Below are positions 1 to 10,564 of a DNA stretch of 34,915 bases, piece after piece. The notes under the pieces were generated by a model. That model was not told where the DNA came from. It saw only the letters and a program-made list of their open reading frames with translations, and searched no databases. The number at the start of each line of letters is the position of its first letter. The stretch's first letter is position 1. Position numbers and translations under genes: made by a program. Origin of the DNA: Betaproteobacteria bacterium (GTDB lineage: Bacteria > Pseudomonadota > Gammaproteobacteria > Burkholderiales > SG8-39); the NCBI GenBank assembly GCA_012274205.1, contig JAAOZY010000223.1:1-34915 (forward strand), read 5' to 3'.

Positions 1-324
1 GCGAGCAAGGAAGTGCCGCGGCGCCTGCTGCACCCGCGGCGCAAAACCATAGGCGTGCGCGTGCCCGAGCATGCGGTGGCGCAGGCGCTGCTGGCACAAC
101 TGGGCGAGCCGCTGCTCTCGGCGACGCTGATCCTGCCGGGGGATGCACAGCCGCTCAACGACGGCGAGGAGATCCGCGTGCGCCTGCAACATGCGCTCGA
201 CCTGGTGCTCGACGCCGGCTCCTGCGGCGTCGAGCCGACCACGATGGTCGACCTGACCGGCGGCGCGCCGGAATTGATAAGACTGGGCAAGGGCAGCATC
301 GAGCCGTTCGGGCTCGATGCCTGA
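1..324 (+). CDS. YciO/TsaC (Sua5/YrdC/YwlC) family protein, C-terminal part (5' end lies outside the window)
   Basis: Frame 1 is open from base 1 to the TGA at 322-324. The translation (KTIGVRVPEHAVAQALLAQLGEPLLSATLILPG ... EPTTMVDLTGGAPELIRLGKG) matches by eye the C-terminal half of E. coli YciO (TIGLRVP..IAQALLEALGEP..STSL.LPG ... KPTTVIDLT). Confidence 0.8.
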   Translation, partial: ASKEVPRRLLHPRRKTIGVRVPEHAVAQALLAQLGEPLLSATLILPGDAQPLNDGEEIRVRLQHALDLVLDAGSCGVEPTTMVDLTGGAPELIRLGKGSIEPFGLDA

Positions 325-360
325 GTCTGATAAAATTGCTGTTTTTGCATCGCCGGGCCA

Positions 361-1011
361 ATGGAATTCAATCTAGTTCAGAAAATCGCCATTTATGCAC
401 TGCCCGTGATCTTCGCGATCACCCTGCATGAAGCGGCGCACGGCTACGTCGCAAGGCATTTCGGCGACAACACCGCTTATGTGCTGGGGCGCGTGAGCCT
501 GAATCCGCTGCGCCATATCGACCCGGTCGGCACTGTGCTGGTGCCGCTGCTCATACTGCTGACGACAAGTGGAGCGTTTTTGTTCGGTTGGGCCAAGCCG
601 GTGCCGGTAGACTTCGGCGGACTGCGCCATCCCAAGCGCGACATGCTGTGGGTGGCGGCGGCCGGTCCGCTCGCCAATCTGTCGATGGCGCTGCTGTGGG
701 CGCTGGCGTACAAATTCGCACTGCTGGTGCCGCAAAACATGTTTTCCGAACCGATGCGGCTGATGGCAGGAGCGGGCATCACGGTAAACCTGGTGCTGAT
801 GCTGCTAAACCTGCTGCCGATTCTGCCGCTGGACGGCGGGCGCATCGCGGTGAGTCTGCTGCCGAACCACTTGTCCTACGCCTATTCGCGCATGGAGCCC
901 TACGGATTCCCGATACTGCTGCTGCTGTTATTCACCCATTTACTCGACGCGATCCTCAACCCGATGCTGAACGCGTCGATCCAGGTGATCGCAACTATTT
1001 TTCAACTCTAG
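361..1011 (+). CDS. Site-2 protease family (peptidase M50) integral membrane zinc metalloprotease
   Basis: 216-aa ORF that is hydrophobic throughout. It has an HExxH motif (LHEAAHG) in the first TM region and a downstream LPILPLDGG motif typical of M50 proteases. Confidence 0.8.
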   Translation: MEFNLVQKIAIYALPVIFAITLHEAAHGYVARHFGDNTAYVLGRVSLNPLRHIDPVGTVLVPLLILLTTSGAFLFGWAKPVPVDFGGLRHPKRDMLWVAAAGPLANLSMALLWALAYKFALLVPQNMFSEPMRLMAGAGITVNLVLMLLNLLPILPLDGGRIAVSLLPNHLSYAYSRMEPYGFPILLLLLFTHLLDAILNPMLNASIQVIATIFQL

Positions 1012-1023
1012 GAATCCGAATAA

Positions 1024-2226
1024 ATGTACGAGCAACGCGTCGTCTCCGGGATGCGCCCCACCGGGAGCCTGCACCTGGGCCATTTTCACGGCGCTCTCAA
1101 GAACTGGGTCAAGCTGCAAAGCGAATACCCCTGCCTGTTTTTCGTTGCCGACTGGCATGCGCTGACCACGCACTACGACACGCCGGAAGTGATCGAGCAG
1201 ACAGTGTGGGATATGGTGATCGACTGGCTCGCCGCCGGCATCGACCCGGCGCGCGCGACTCTGTTCATCCAGTCGCGCGTACCGGAACACGCGGAGCTGC
1301 ACACCCTGCTGTCGATGATCACGCCGCTGGGCTGGCTGGAGCGGGTGCCGAGCTTCAAGGATCAGCAGGAAAAGCTCGCCGACCGCGATCTCGCCACTTA
1401 CGGCTTCCTCGGCTATCCGCTGCTGCAGAGCGCCGACATCCTCATGTACCGCGCGGCCTGGGTGCCGGTGGGCGAGGACCAGGTGCCGCACGTCGAACTC
1501 ACGCGGGAGGTGGCGCGCCGCTTCAACCACATTTTCGGGCGCGAGCCGGGTTTCGAGGACAAGGCCAAGGCGGCGGTGAAAAAGCTCGGCAGCCGCAAAG
1601 CCCGGCTGTACAACGAATTGCGCACGCGCTATCAGGAGCAGGGCGACGAGGCCGCGCTGCAGGCGGCGCGCGCGCTGTTGAACGAGCAGCAGAACCTGTC
1701 GATGGGCGATCGCGAGCGGCTGTTCGGCTACCTCGAAGGCGGCGGGCGCATGATCCTGGCCGAGCCGCAGGCGCTGTTGACTGAGTCGGCCAAGCTGCCG
1801 GGTCTGGACGGACAGAAGATGTCCAAGTCCTACAACAACACCATCACCCTGCGTGAGGACGCCGCGAGCGTGACCAAGAAGCTGCGTACCATGCCCACCG
1901 ATCCGGCGCGGGTGAAGCGCAGTGATCCGGGTGATCCGGAGAAATGTCCGGTGTGGCAGCTGCACCTGGTGTATTCGGACGAGAAGACCAGGGATTGGGT
2001 GCAGCAGGGCTGCAAGAGCGCCGGTATCGGCTGCCTCGAGTGCAAGCAGCCGCTGATCCAGGCTATCCTGGCGGAGCAGGCGCCGATGCGCGAGCGCGCG
2101 CAGCGCTACCTGGACGATCCGACCCTGGTCAGGAGCATCGTCGCCGACGGCTGCGAAAAAGCGCGCACGCTTGCGGCCGAGACCATGCGCGACGTGCGCG
2201 AAGCCATGGGGCTGAACTACTCGTGA
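1024..2226 (+). CDS. trpS: Tryptophan--tRNA ligase (long ~400-aa form)
   Basis: Class I aaRS signatures GSLHLGH (HIGH-type) and KMSKS are present. The overall TrpRS-like sequence reads GYPLLQSADILMY and VPVGEDQVPHVELTREVARRFN. It carries an insertion of about 65 aa before KMSKS and a C-terminal Cys4 motif. Confidence 0.93.
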   Translation: MYEQRVVSGMRPTGSLHLGHFHGALKNWVKLQSEYPCLFFVADWHALTTHYDTPEVIEQTVWDMVIDWLAAGIDPARATLFIQSRVPEHAELHTLLSMITPLGWLERVPSFKDQQEKLADRDLATYGFLGYPLLQSADILMYRAAWVPVGEDQVPHVELTREVARRFNHIFGREPGFEDKAKAAVKKLGSRKARLYNELRTRYQEQGDEAALQAARALLNEQQNLSMGDRERLFGYLEGGGRMILAEPQALLTESAKLPGLDGQKMSKSYNNTITLREDAASVTKKLRTMPTDPARVKRSDPGDPEKCPVWQLHLVYSDEKTRDWVQQGCKSAGIGCLECKQPLIQAILAEQAPMRERAQRYLDDPTLVRSIVADGCEKARTLAAETMRDVREAMGLNYS

Positions 2227-3080
2227 TCGAAGCTACGGCAACAGGCGACGCAGTACCGGATGCGGCCGCGGCCGCGTCCGGCGTGCCCCCGCACGCGGCC
2301 GATGCGCGGGTTGCGACCGTGCGCGGCGAAGCCCTGCTCGAGATGCCGGCCGATCTGTACATTCCGCCGGACGCGCTGGAGGTGTTCCTGGACACCTTCG
2401 AGGGCCCGCTCGATCTGCTGCTTTACCTGATCCGCAAGGCCAATATCGACATCCTCGATATCCCCATGGCGCGCCTGACCGAGCAGTATCTGGAATACGT
2501 GGAGCTGATGCGCCGGCGCAATCTGGAGCTCGCCGCCGAGTACCTGCTGATGGCGGCGCTGCTGATGGAAATCAAGTCGAGGATGCTGCTGCCGCGCCCG
2601 CGCGCCTTGCGCGAAGAGGAAGAGGATCCGCGCGCCGAGCTGGTGCGCCGCCTGATGGAATACGAGAACATGAAGCTCGCCGCGCACAAGCTCGACGCGC
2701 TGCCGGTGCTGGGGCGCGATTTTCTTGCGGTGGAGGTGTGGATAGAACAGGCGGCGGTGCAGCGCCTGCCGCAGGTGCGCAGCGAAGACCTGATCGCTGC
2801 ATGGCAGTCGCTGCTGATGCACGCGCGCATGACCCAGCACCACAAGGTGACGCGCGAGGAGCTGTCGGTGCGCGAATTCATGTCCGCCATGCTGCGCCGG
2901 CTGCACAGCGGCCAGTTCGCCGAATTCACCTCCCTGTTCGAGGTGGGCAAAGGCGTTGCGGTAGTCGTGGTGAGCTTTCTCGCGCTGCTCGAACTGGTGC
3001 GCGAAAGCCTGATCGAAGTGACCCAGTCCGAGCCCTATGCTCCCATCTACGTAAAGCTTGCCCATGCTCAATCCGAATGA
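2223..3080 (+). CDS. scpA: Segregation and condensation protein A (kleisin ScpA)
   Basis: Conserved ScpA N-terminus: [49 protein letters not shown]. The ORF frame is open from 1944, but that stretch overlaps trpS. GTV at 2223, a GTG overlapping the trpS stop, is the most plausible start. ATG 2343 would cut into the region that precedes the conserved motif. Confidence 0.8.
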   Translation: MIEATATGDAVPDAAAAASGVPPHAADARVATVRGEALLEMPADLYIPPDALEVFLDTFEGPLDLLLYLIRKANIDILDIPMARLTEQYLEYVELMRRRNLELAAEYLLMAALLMEIKSRMLLPRPRALREEEEDPRAELVRRLMEYENMKLAAHKLDALPVLGRDFLAVEVWIEQAAVQRLPQVRSEDLIAAWQSLLMHARMTQHHKVTREELSVREFMSAMLRRLHSGQFAEFTSLFEVGKGVAVVVVSFLALLELVRESLIEVTQSEPYAPIYVKLAHAQSE

Positions 3081-3669
3081 AGCCAGGACCATACTCGAAA
3101 CTGCGCTGCTGGCGGCGCAGGAGCCGCTCACGCTGGCCGAATTGAAGCGCCTGTTCGAGGAGGAAATAGGGGCGGACACGCTGCGCCGCCTGCTCGACGA
3201 GTTGCGCGAGGCCTGGCAGGGGCGGGGGGTTGAGCTGGTCAATCTGGCGAGCGGCTGGCGCTTTCAGACCCGGCCCGAATTCCAGCAGTACCTGGAGCGC
3301 CTGTCGCACGACAAGCCGCCGCGCTACTCGCGTGCGGTGATGGAAACGCTTGCGATCATCGCCTATCGCCAGCCGGTGACGCGCGGCGACATCGAGGACA
3401 TCCGCGGCGTGACCGTAACCAGCAACGTGATCAAGAGCCTGGAGGCGCGCGGCTGGATCGACACGGTGGGGTATCGCGACGTACCGGGCCGGCCGGCGCT
3501 GTATGCGACCACCAAGAATTTTCTCGACGACCTGGGCCTGCGTTCCCTGCAGGAATTGCCACCGCTTGAACAGATAAGCAGCACACTCGATCTTGCACCG
3601 CACACCTCCCCAGAAGAAGCGCCGGGCGCAACCGCTGAGACCGCCGCTCCGGCCGCCGCAGCCGACTAG
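3058..3669 (+). CDS. scpB: Segregation and condensation protein B (ScpB)
   Basis: 203-aa ORF overlapping the scpA 3' end by 23 nt. ScpB-like winged-helix repeats are visible ([55 protein letters not shown]). Confidence 0.9.
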   Translation: MPMLNPNEARTILETALLAAQEPLTLAELKRLFEEEIGADTLRRLLDELREAWQGRGVELVNLASGWRFQTRPEFQQYLERLSHDKPPRYSRAVMETLAIIAYRQPVTRGDIEDIRGVTVTSNVIKSLEARGWIDTVGYRDVPGRPALYATTKNFLDDLGLRSLQELPPLEQISSTLDLAPHTSPEEAPGATAETAAPAAAAD

Positions 3670-4516
3670 CGCGGTCGCGCCGCAGGCCACTGCGCCGGCG
3701 GCCACCGACAAGCTGCAGAAGGTGCTCGCAGGCGCCGGGCTCGGCTCGCGCCGCGAAATGGAGCAATGGATCGCCGCGGGCAGGGTCAGCGTCAATGGTG
3801 TGGCGGCCGGGATCGGGACGCGCGTCAGCGCGCTCGACCGGGTGCAGGTCGACGGCAGGCCGCTGCGCCTGCCGCGCAGCGGCGCGGCGCGTGTGCTGCT
3901 CTATCACAAGCCCACCGGCGAAATCGTCAGCCGCGACGACCCGGAAGGGCGTCCCGAGGTATTCGACAAATTGCCGCGCCTGCGCGGCGCCAAATGGATC
4001 GCGGTGGGGCGGCTGGATTTCAACACCAGTGGATTGCTGATTTTCACCACCTCGGGCGAGCTCGCCAACCGCCTGATGCATCCGCGCCACGCAATCGAGC
4101 GCGAGTATGCGGTGCGCGTGCTCGGGCAGCTGAGCGAGGAGCAGATGCAGTCCCTGCGCAGCGGGGTACAGCTCGAGGACGGGGCGGCGCACCTGGATAT
4201 CATCGAAGACGCGGGCGGGCAGGGCAGCAACCACTGGTACAACGTGACGCTGTCCGAAGGCCGCAACCGCGAGGTGCGGCGCCTGTTCGAGGCCCTGCAC
4301 CTGACCGTGAGCCGCCTGATGCGCGTGCGCTACGGTCCGCTCAACCTGCCCTCGCACCTGAAGCGCGGCCAGATGCACGAACTCGACGAAGCCGAAATCG
4401 CCCGCCTGCTCGCCGCGCTGGAGTTCCAGCCACAGGCGGCGCCGTCCAGGCCCAGGTCGACGCGCGCGCGGCCGGCGCGCGGGCAGGACGCAGGCAGGCG
4501 TCGCGTGCGCCGATAG
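3593..4516 (+). CDS. rluB: 23S rRNA pseudouridine synthase RluB (RsuA/RluB family)
   Basis: S4 domain [30 protein letters not shown] matches the E. coli RluB N-terminus (KLQKVLARAGHGSRREIE..IEAGRVSVDG). The catalytic region is [14 protein letters not shown], and there is an Arg-rich C-terminal tail. The only start-type codon upstream of the conserved KLQK is TTG 3593, so the start is uncertain. Confidence 0.85.
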   Translation: MHRTPPQKKRRAQPLRPPLRPPQPTSAVAPQATAPAATDKLQKVLAGAGLGSRREMEQWIAAGRVSVNGVAAGIGTRVSALDRVQVDGRPLRLPRSGAARVLLYHKPTGEIVSRDDPEGRPEVFDKLPRLRGAKWIAVGRLDFNTSGLLIFTTSGELANRLMHPRHAIEREYAVRVLGQLSEEQMQSLRSGVQLEDGAAHLDIIEDAGGQGSNHWYNVTLSEGRNREVRRLFEALHLTVSRLMRVRYGPLNLPSHLKRGQMHELDEAEIARLLAALEFQPQAAPSRPRSTRARPARGQDAGRRRVRR

Positions 4517-4561
4517 GCGGCCGAAAACGTGTAAATATCTCATAGCCAAGGACAAAATGAA

Positions 4562-4590
4562 TTGTTCCGGGCATATTTTTCTGCTATAGT
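4562..4590 (+). promoter_or_regulatory. Candidate sigma70 promoter of the rimP-nusA-infB operon
   Basis: TTGTTC (4562-4567), a 17-nt spacer, then TATAGT (4585-4590). It lies in an AT-richer gap between rluB and rimP. Confidence 0.5.
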
Positions 4591-4616
4591 TTCGGTCTGT
4601 TGAATGTATTCGGCGG

Positions 4617-4643
4617 GATGGGCGGTCAGCCCATTTTTTATTT
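4617..4643 (+). terminator. Intrinsic-terminator-like hairpin plus U-run in the rimP leader (possible attenuator, or the rluB terminator)
   Basis: The stem is ATGGGC / GCCCAT with a GGTCA loop, followed by TTTTTTATTT. It ends about 7 nt before the rimP ATG at 4650. Confidence 0.55.
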
Positions 4644-4649
4644 GTGGCG

Positions 4650-5105
4650 ATGGAACTGCAGGCCTTGCTGGAAAAAACGGTCGATGGGCTTGGTTATGAG
4701 CTCGTCGACACCGAACTGTCGAACCGCGGCCGCATGCTGCGCATATTCATCGACAAGCCGGCGGCCGGGCCGCAGGGCGCCGGCGGGGTGACCGTCGATG
4801 ACTGCGCCCGGGTCAGCAACCAGCTGGCGCGCGTGCTGGAGGTGGAAGACGTCGATTACGACCGGCTCGAGGTGTCTTCGCCGGGGCTGGATCGGCCGCT
4901 GAAGAAAGCGGCCGATTTTGCGCGTTTTGCCGGGGAGCAGGCGCGCCTGACGCTGCGGGTGCCGCTTGCCGGCCGGCGCAATTTCACCGGGGTGATGCGC
5001 GCAGTTGCCGAGGGCAAGCTGCAGCTGGAAACGGAGAGCGGTATGGTCAGCCTGGATCTGGCCAATATCGACAAGGCGCGCCTGGTGCCAAGGATCGAAT
5101 TTTGA
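4650..5105 (+). CDS. rimP: Ribosome maturation factor RimP
   Basis: [20 protein letters not shown]..., RIFIDKP, and [12 protein letters not shown] match RimP, and the gene sits directly upstream of nusA. An in-frame GTG at 4644 is an alternative start. Confidence 0.9.
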   Translation: MELQALLEKTVDGLGYELVDTELSNRGRMLRIFIDKPAAGPQGAGGVTVDDCARVSNQLARVLEVEDVDYDRLEVSSPGLDRPLKKAADFARFAGEQARLTLRVPLAGRRNFTGVMRAVAEGKLQLETESGMVSLDLANIDKARLVPRIEF

Positions 5106-5122
5106 AGTTGGAGGTGCAGTAA

Positions 5123-6610
5123 ATGAGCCGTGAGATTTTGCTGCTGGTGGACGCCCTGTCGCGCGAGAAGAACGTTAACAAGGACGTGGTCTTCGTCGCG
5201 CTGGAAATGGCGCTCGCTTCGGCGACCAAGAAGCGCTTCAGCGACGATGCCGACGTGCGCGTCGCCGTGGACCGCGAATCCGGAGAATTCGAATCGTTCC
5301 GCCGCTGGCTGGTCGTGGCCGACGAGGCCGTGGAGAACGCGGCGCAGCAGATTCCGCTGTCCGAGGCGATCAAGCAGCATGCCGACATCCAGCTTGAGGA
5401 ATATATCGAAGAGCCGCTGGAGCCGATCGAATTCGGCCGCATCGGCGCGCAGGCGGCGAAGCAGGTGATCCTGCAGAAGATCCGCGACGCGGAGCGCGAG
5501 CAGATCCTGCAGGATTTCCTCAGCCGCGGCGAGAAACTGGTGACCGGCACGGTAAAACGCATCGAGCGCGGCAATGCCGTAATCGAGTCCGGGCGCATCG
5601 AAGCGGTGCTGCCGCGCGACCAGATGATTCCGAAAGAGAACCTGCGCGTCGGCGACCGCGTGCGCGCGCTGCTGCTGCGCATCGATCGCAATATCCGCGG
5701 CCCGCAGCTGGTGCTGTCGCGCACCGCGCCCGAATTCATCATCGAACTGTTTCGCCTGGAAGTCCCGGAGATCGAGGAGAACCTGCTCGAGATCAAATCC
5801 GCGGCGCGCGACCCGGGCGTGCGCGCCAAGATCGCGGTGCACACCAACGACAAGCGCATCGACCCGATTGGCACCTGCGTCGGCATGCGCGGCTCGCGCG
5901 TGCAGGCGGTGACCGGCGAACTCGGCGGCGAGCGTGTCGACATCGTGCTGTGGTCTGCCGATCCGGCGCAGTTCGTCATCGGTGCGCTGGCGCCTGCGGA
6001 CGTGTCGAGCATCCTGGTCGATGAGGAGCGGCACAGCATGGACGTGGTGGTGGATGAGGCCAATCTCGCCATCGCCATCGGCAGAAGCGGCCAGAACGTG
6101 CGCCTTGCCTCGGAACTGACCGGCTGGACCATCAACCTGATGAGCGAAGAGGAATCCGCGAAAAAGCAGCAGGAGGAGAGCGCGGGTATACGCAGCACCT
6201 TCATCGAGAAGCTCGACGTCGACGAGGAAGTGGCGGACATTCTGATCCAGGAGGGCTTTTCCTCGCTGGAAGAGGTCGCCTATGTGCCGATCGGCGAAAT
6301 GATGGAAATCGAGGCCTTCGACGAAAACACGGTGAACGAATTGCGCAGCCGCGCGCGCAATGCGCTGCTGGTGCAGGAGATTGCGAGCGAGGAGAAGGTC
6401 GAAGGCGTGGATCCGGACCTGCTGGGGCTGGAGGGTATGGACAGCCATATTGCGGCAAAGCTCGCGGAGTCCGGGGTCAAGACACGCGACGACCTGGCGG
6501 ACCTGGCGGCGGACGATCTGATCGAGATCTGCGCCATGGACGCCGAGCACGCGAAAGCCCTGATCATGAAGGCGCGCGAACACTGGTTCGCGCAAGAGGA
6601 AGGGAAGTAG
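5123..6610 (+). CDS. nusA: Transcription termination/antitermination factor NusA
   Basis: 495 aa. The N-terminus [18 protein letters not shown] is followed by S1 and KH regions ([37 protein letters not shown]) and C-terminal acidic repeat (HhH) domains. Confidence 0.97.
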   Translation: MSREILLLVDALSREKNVNKDVVFVALEMALASATKKRFSDDADVRVAVDRESGEFESFRRWLVVADEAVENAAQQIPLSEAIKQHADIQLEEYIEEPLEPIEFGRIGAQAAKQVILQKIRDAEREQILQDFLSRGEKLVTGTVKRIERGNAVIESGRIEAVLPRDQMIPKENLRVGDRVRALLLRIDRNIRGPQLVLSRTAPEFIIELFRLEVPEIEENLLEIKSAARDPGVRAKIAVHTNDKRIDPIGTCVGMRGSRVQAVTGELGGERVDIVLWSADPAQFVIGALAPADVSSILVDEERHSMDVVVDEANLAIAIGRSGQNVRLASELTGWTINLMSEEESAKKQQEESAGIRSTFIEKLDVDEEVADILIQEGFSSLEEVAYVPIGEMMEIEAFDENTVNELRSRARNALLVQEIASEEKVEGVDPDLLGLEGMDSHIAAKLAESGVKTRDDLADLAADDLIEICAMDAEHAKALIMKAREHWFAQEEGK

Positions 6611-6619
6611 GGGATCAGA

Positions 6620-9190
6620 ATGGCGCAGACGAGCGTTACACAATTCGCGGGGGAACTCAAGGTGCAGCCGTCGGTGCTGCTCGAGCAGCTGAAAGCCGCA
6701 GGCGTGCACAAGAAGCAGCCCGAGGACACGCTGAGCGAGCAGGACAAGACCAAGCTGCTCGAGTATCTGCGCAAAGTGCACGGCGCCACCGAGGCCAAGA
6801 GCAAGATCACGCTCACGCGCAAGCAGACTTCGGAAATCAAGAAATCGGATTCCACGGGCAAGTCGCGCACTATTCAGGTCGAGGTCAAGAAGAAGCGCGT
6901 GTTCGTGAAGCGCGATGCCGCGGCGGAAGCGCCGGCGGAAGCACCGGCGCCGGTAGTCGAGGAGGAGAAGAAGGCGCCCGCGCCTGCCGCTGCGCGTGCA
7001 CCGGTCGTGGACGCGCAGCAGCTCGAACTGCGCGAGCAGGAGAAAAAACGCCAGGATGAGCTGTTTGCGCGCCAGTCGGAGGAGCTGCGCGAGAAGCAGG
7101 AGCGCGAGAAAAAGCTGGCGGAGGCGCGCGAGAACGAGGAGAAGCTGGCGCAGCAGGCGCCGGCCAAGCCGGGCGGGCCTCCGGCCGCCGCCACCGATGG
7201 CACGCTGCACAAGCCCAAGGTCGACGAAGCTGCCAAGGGCGACAAGAAGGGCCCGAAAAAGAAGACGACGACCATCTGGAAGGACGAGAGCGCCAAGCGG
7301 CGCACGATCAAGACCCGCGGCGACGTGGGCGGCGCCTCCGGCTGGCACACCCCCAAGGGAGCGCGCCACAAGCCCGCACAAGCTGCGGCAGAGTCGGCGC
7401 AGGCTTTTGCCGCGCCGACCGAACCCGTAGTGCGCGAAGTCATGGTGCCCGAGACCATCACCGTCGCCGACCTCGCGCACAAGATGTCGGTGAAGGCGGC
7501 GGCGGTGATCAAGACGCTGATGAAGCTGGGCAGCATGGTCACTATCAACCAGGTGCTGGACCAGGAAACCGCCATGATCGTGGTCGAGGACATGGGGCAC
7601 ATCGCCAAGGCCGCCAGTCTGGACGAGCCCGACACCTTCCTCACCGAGCAGCCGGAGGGGCATGAGGCGGCGCACGAGCTGCACGCGCGTGCGCCGGTGG
7701 TGACGGTAATGGGCCACGTCGACCACGGCAAGACTTCGCTGCTGGACTACATCCGCCGCACGCGCGTCGCCTCGGGCGAGGCCGGCGGCATCACCCAGCA
7801 CATCGGCGCCTACCACGTGCAGACGCCGCGTGGCATGGTGACCTTCCTCGATACACCGGGCCATGAGGCCTTCACCGCGATGCGCGCGCGCGGCGCGAAA
7901 GCCACCGACATCGTCATTCTGGTGGTCGCGGCCGACGACGGTGTCATGCCACAGACCATAGAGGCGATTGCGCACGCCAAGGCGGCCAATGTGCCGCTGG
8001 TGGTGGCGATCAACAAGATCGACAAGCCCGATGCCAATCCGGACCGCGTCAAGCAGGAATTGGTGGCGCAGGGCGTGGTGCCGGAGGAGTACGGCGGCGA
8101 GTCGCCGTTCGTGCCGGTGTCGGCGAAAACCGGTGTCGGCATAGACGCCCTGCTCGAGCAGGTGCTGCTGCAGGCTGAGGTGCTGGAGCTAAAGGCGCCG
8201 GTGGAAGCGCCGGCAAAGGGCCTGGTGATCGAAGCGCGGCTGGACCGGGGCAAGGGTCCGGTGGCAACCATCCTGGTGCAGTCGGGCACGCTGCGCCGCG
8301 GCGACGTGCTGCTTGCCGGCTCGGTGTTCGGTCGGGTGCGCGCCATGCTGGACGAAACCGGCCAGCCGGTGGATCAGGCGGGTCCTTCCATTCCGGTGGA
8401 GATCCAGGGCCTGTCCGACGTACCGCTGGCAGGCGAAGAGGCGGTCGCCCTCGCCGACGAGCGCAAAGCGCGCGAGATCGCGCTGTTCCGTCAGGGCAAA
8501 TTCCGCGAGGTCAAGCTGGCCAAGCAGCAGGCGGCAAAACTCGAAAACATGTTCGAACAGATGGGCGAGGGCGGGGTAAAGAGCCTGGCGCTGCTGATCA
8601 AGGCCGACGTGCAGGGCTCGCGCGAAGCGCTGGCGCATGCGCTGTCGCGTCTGTCCAACGAAGAAGTCAAAGTGACCGTTGTGCACAGCGGCGTCGGCGC
8701 CATCAGCGAATCCGACGTCAATCTTGCGCTCGCCTCGAAATCGGTGATCATCGGCTTCAATACCCGCGCCGATGTCGCCGCCAGAAGGCTGGCCGAATCG
8801 CAGGGTATCGACATTCGCTACTACAACATCATCTATGACGCGGTCGACGAGGTGAAGGCAGCCCTTACCGGCATGCTCGCGCCGGAGAAGAAGGAAAGCA
8901 TCCTCGGTCTGGTGGAGATTCGCCAGATCTACAAGATCTCCAAGGTCGGTACCGTCGCCGGCTGCATGGTGCTCGAAGGCCTGATCAAGCGCGGCGCGCG
9001 TGTGCGCCTGCTGCGCGACCACGTCGTGCTGTTCGACGGCGAACTCGATACCCTCAAGCGCTTCAAGGACGACGTGCGCGAAGTCAAGGCGGGTTTCGAA
9101 TGCGGCTTGTCGCTGAAAAACTTCAACGACATCAAGGAAGGCGACCAGCTCGAGGCGTACGAGGTGCTGGAAGTCGCGAGGACGCTCTGA
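6620..9190 (+). CDS. infB: Translation initiation factor IF-2
   Basis: 856 aa. The N-terminal region is low-complexity and charged. The GTPase domain has [16 protein letters not shown] (G1), DTPGHEAF (G3) and NKIDK (G4). The C-terminal IF-2 domains are also conserved. Confidence 0.97.
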   Translation: MAQTSVTQFAGELKVQPSVLLEQLKAAGVHKKQPEDTLSEQDKTKLLEYLRKVHGATEAKSKITLTRKQTSEIKKSDSTGKSRTIQVEVKKKRVFVKRDAAAEAPAEAPAPVVEEEKKAPAPAAARAPVVDAQQLELREQEKKRQDELFARQSEELREKQEREKKLAEARENEEKLAQQAPAKPGGPPAAATDGTLHKPKVDEAAKGDKKGPKKKTTTIWKDESAKRRTIKTRGDVGGASGWHTPKGARHKPAQAAAESAQAFAAPTEPVVREVMVPETITVADLAHKMSVKAAAVIKTLMKLGSMVTINQVLDQETAMIVVEDMGHIAKAASLDEPDTFLTEQPEGHEAAHELHARAPVVTVMGHVDHGKTSLLDYIRRTRVASGEAGGITQHIGAYHVQTPRGMVTFLDTPGHEAFTAMRARGAKATDIVILVVAADDGVMPQTIEAIAHAKAANVPLVVAINKIDKPDANPDRVKQELVAQGVVPEEYGGESPFVPVSAKTGVGIDALLEQVLLQAEVLELKAPVEAPAKGLVIEARLDRGKGPVATILVQSGTLRRGDVLLAGSVFGRVRAMLDETGQPVDQAGPSIPVEIQGLSDVPLAGEEAVALADERKAREIALFRQGKFREVKLAKQQAAKLENMFEQMGEGGVKSLALLIKADVQGSREALAHALSRLSNEEVKVTVVHSGVGAISESDVNLALASKSVIIGFNTRADVAARRLAESQGIDIRYYNIIYDAVDEVKAALTGMLAPEKKESILGLVEIRQIYKISKVGTVAGCMVLEGLIKRGARVRLLRDHVVLFDGELDTLKRFKDDVREVKAGFECGLSLKNFNDIKEGDQLEAYEVLEVARTL

Positions 9191-9259
9191 GGCGGGGCTT
9201 CCGCCTGCCTTGCGGCGCGCCGGAACCCAAGTTGCCGCCCCGGCGCATAAGCCTGTCCC

Positions 9260-9631
9260 ATGCCCACTAAAGGTCCTGCCCGCAGCCTGCGCGTCGCCGA
9301 TCAAATCCAGCGCGAACTGGCCGAGATCATACGCACCGAGCTCAAAGATCCGCGCGTCGCCATGATCACGTTGACCGGCGTCGAAGTGACGACCGACTAT
9401 TCCCATGCCAAGGTGTTCTACACGCTGATGGGCAGCGCCGAGCAGCGCGCCGACACCGAAACCGGCCTGAAGCAGGCCAGCGGCTTCCTGCGCAGCCAGA
9501 TTGCGCGCCGCATCAAGCTGCACTCCATACCGCAGCTGCATTTCGTCTACGACAGCTCGGTCGAGCGCGGCTTCGAGTTGTCGCGCCTGATCGATGCGGC
9601 CGTGGCCGACAGCAAGGAACCGCGGGACTAG
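9260..9631 (+). CDS. rbfA: 30S ribosome-binding factor RbfA
   Basis: 123 aa. R.ADQIQRELAEIIR.ELKDPR and IPQLHFVYD are RbfA hallmarks, and the gene lies between infB and truB. Confidence 0.93.
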   Translation: MPTKGPARSLRVADQIQRELAEIIRTELKDPRVAMITLTGVEVTTDYSHAKVFYTLMGSAEQRADTETGLKQASGFLRSQIARRIKLHSIPQLHFVYDSSVERGFELSRLIDAAVADSKEPRD

Positions 9632-10554
9632 TGCAAGGCCGTCGAATCAAGCGGCCCGTGAGCGGCGTGCTGATGCTGGACAAGGCGCGCGGCGCGAGCT
9701 CCAACGCCGCGCTGCAGCAGGCGAAGCGCCTGTATCAGGCAGCCAAGGCCGGACACGCCGGCACGCTGGACCCGCTTGCCACCGGGCTGCTGCCGGTGCT
9801 TTTCGGCGAGGCCACCAAATTTTCCTCCGACCTGCTCGACGCGGACAAGACTTACGTCGCGGAGCTCAGGCTCGGCATCAGCACCGCCACCGCGGACGCG
9901 GAAGGCGAGGTGATCGCTACGCGCGCGGTGAAGGTGAGCGCGGACCAGATTGCGGCGGCGCTGGCGAATTTCCGCGGCGACATACTGCAGACGCCGCCTC
10001 TCTATTCCGCGCTCAAGCATGCGGGCAAGCCGATGTATGCCTATGCGCGCGCCGGCATAAACATTGAGCAGGTACCGCGCCCGGTGAGCATCCATGCACT
10101 CGAGCTGCAGTGGTTCGAGGGCGAGCGCCTGGCGCTAACGGTGTGCTGCAGCAAGGGCACCTATATCCGCTCGATCGCGCACGACCTGGGCGAAATGCTC
10201 GGCTGCGGCGCCCATCTGGCAGCATTGCGGCGTACCGCCGCGGGCCGCTTCGGGCTCGATTGCGCCCATACCCTGGAGCAACTGGAAGCCCTGCCCTTGT
10301 CCGGGCGCGATGCCCTGCTGCTGCCGCTGGACGCGCTGCTGCAGAACCTGCCCGAAGTGCGCCTGGCGCCGGAGCTGCAGGCGCGCTTCCTGCAGGGCCA
10401 GGCAGTGGCCTGGAACGGACCGCCCGAGGCGCGTGTGCGCGTATGCGCGGCCGGCGGCGGCTTGCTCGGCGTGGGCGAGGTGGATTCTGACGGCCTCATC
10501 CGCCCCAGGCGCGTGATTGCCGGCCAGCACTACCTGCCTGCGGGTAAAAAATAG
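9631..10554 (+). CDS. truB: tRNA pseudouridine(55) synthase TruB
   Basis: A GTG start overlaps the rbfA TAG by 1 nt. GVLMLDKARGASSN and the catalytic GHAGTLDPLATGLLPV motif are present, with a C-terminal PUA-like region. Confidence 0.93.
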   Translation: MQGRRIKRPVSGVLMLDKARGASSNAALQQAKRLYQAAKAGHAGTLDPLATGLLPVLFGEATKFSSDLLDADKTYVAELRLGISTATADAEGEVIATRAVKVSADQIAAALANFRGDILQTPPLYSALKHAGKPMYAYARAGINIEQVPRPVSIHALELQWFEGERLALTVCCSKGTYIRSIAHDLGEMLGCGAHLAALRRTAAGRFGLDCAHTLEQLEALPLSGRDALLLPLDALLQNLPEVRLAPELQARFLQGQAVAWNGPPEARVRVCAAGGGLLGVGEVDSDGLIRPRRVIAGQHYLPAGKK

Positions 10555-10564
10555 CGGAAAACCC

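Noticed and set aside
1944-2222. Upstream 93 codons of the scpA ORF.
   Set aside because: This stretch lies entirely inside trpS in another frame. It has no ScpA similarity before about residue 94.
4856-7975. 1039-aa ORF on the minus strand, opposite rimP, nusA and infB.
   Set aside because: This is a shadow ORF typical of GC-rich DNA. The translation is Arg/Leu/Gly/His-rich low-complexity with no recognisable motifs. The + strand genes in the same interval are unmistakable (NusA, IF-2).
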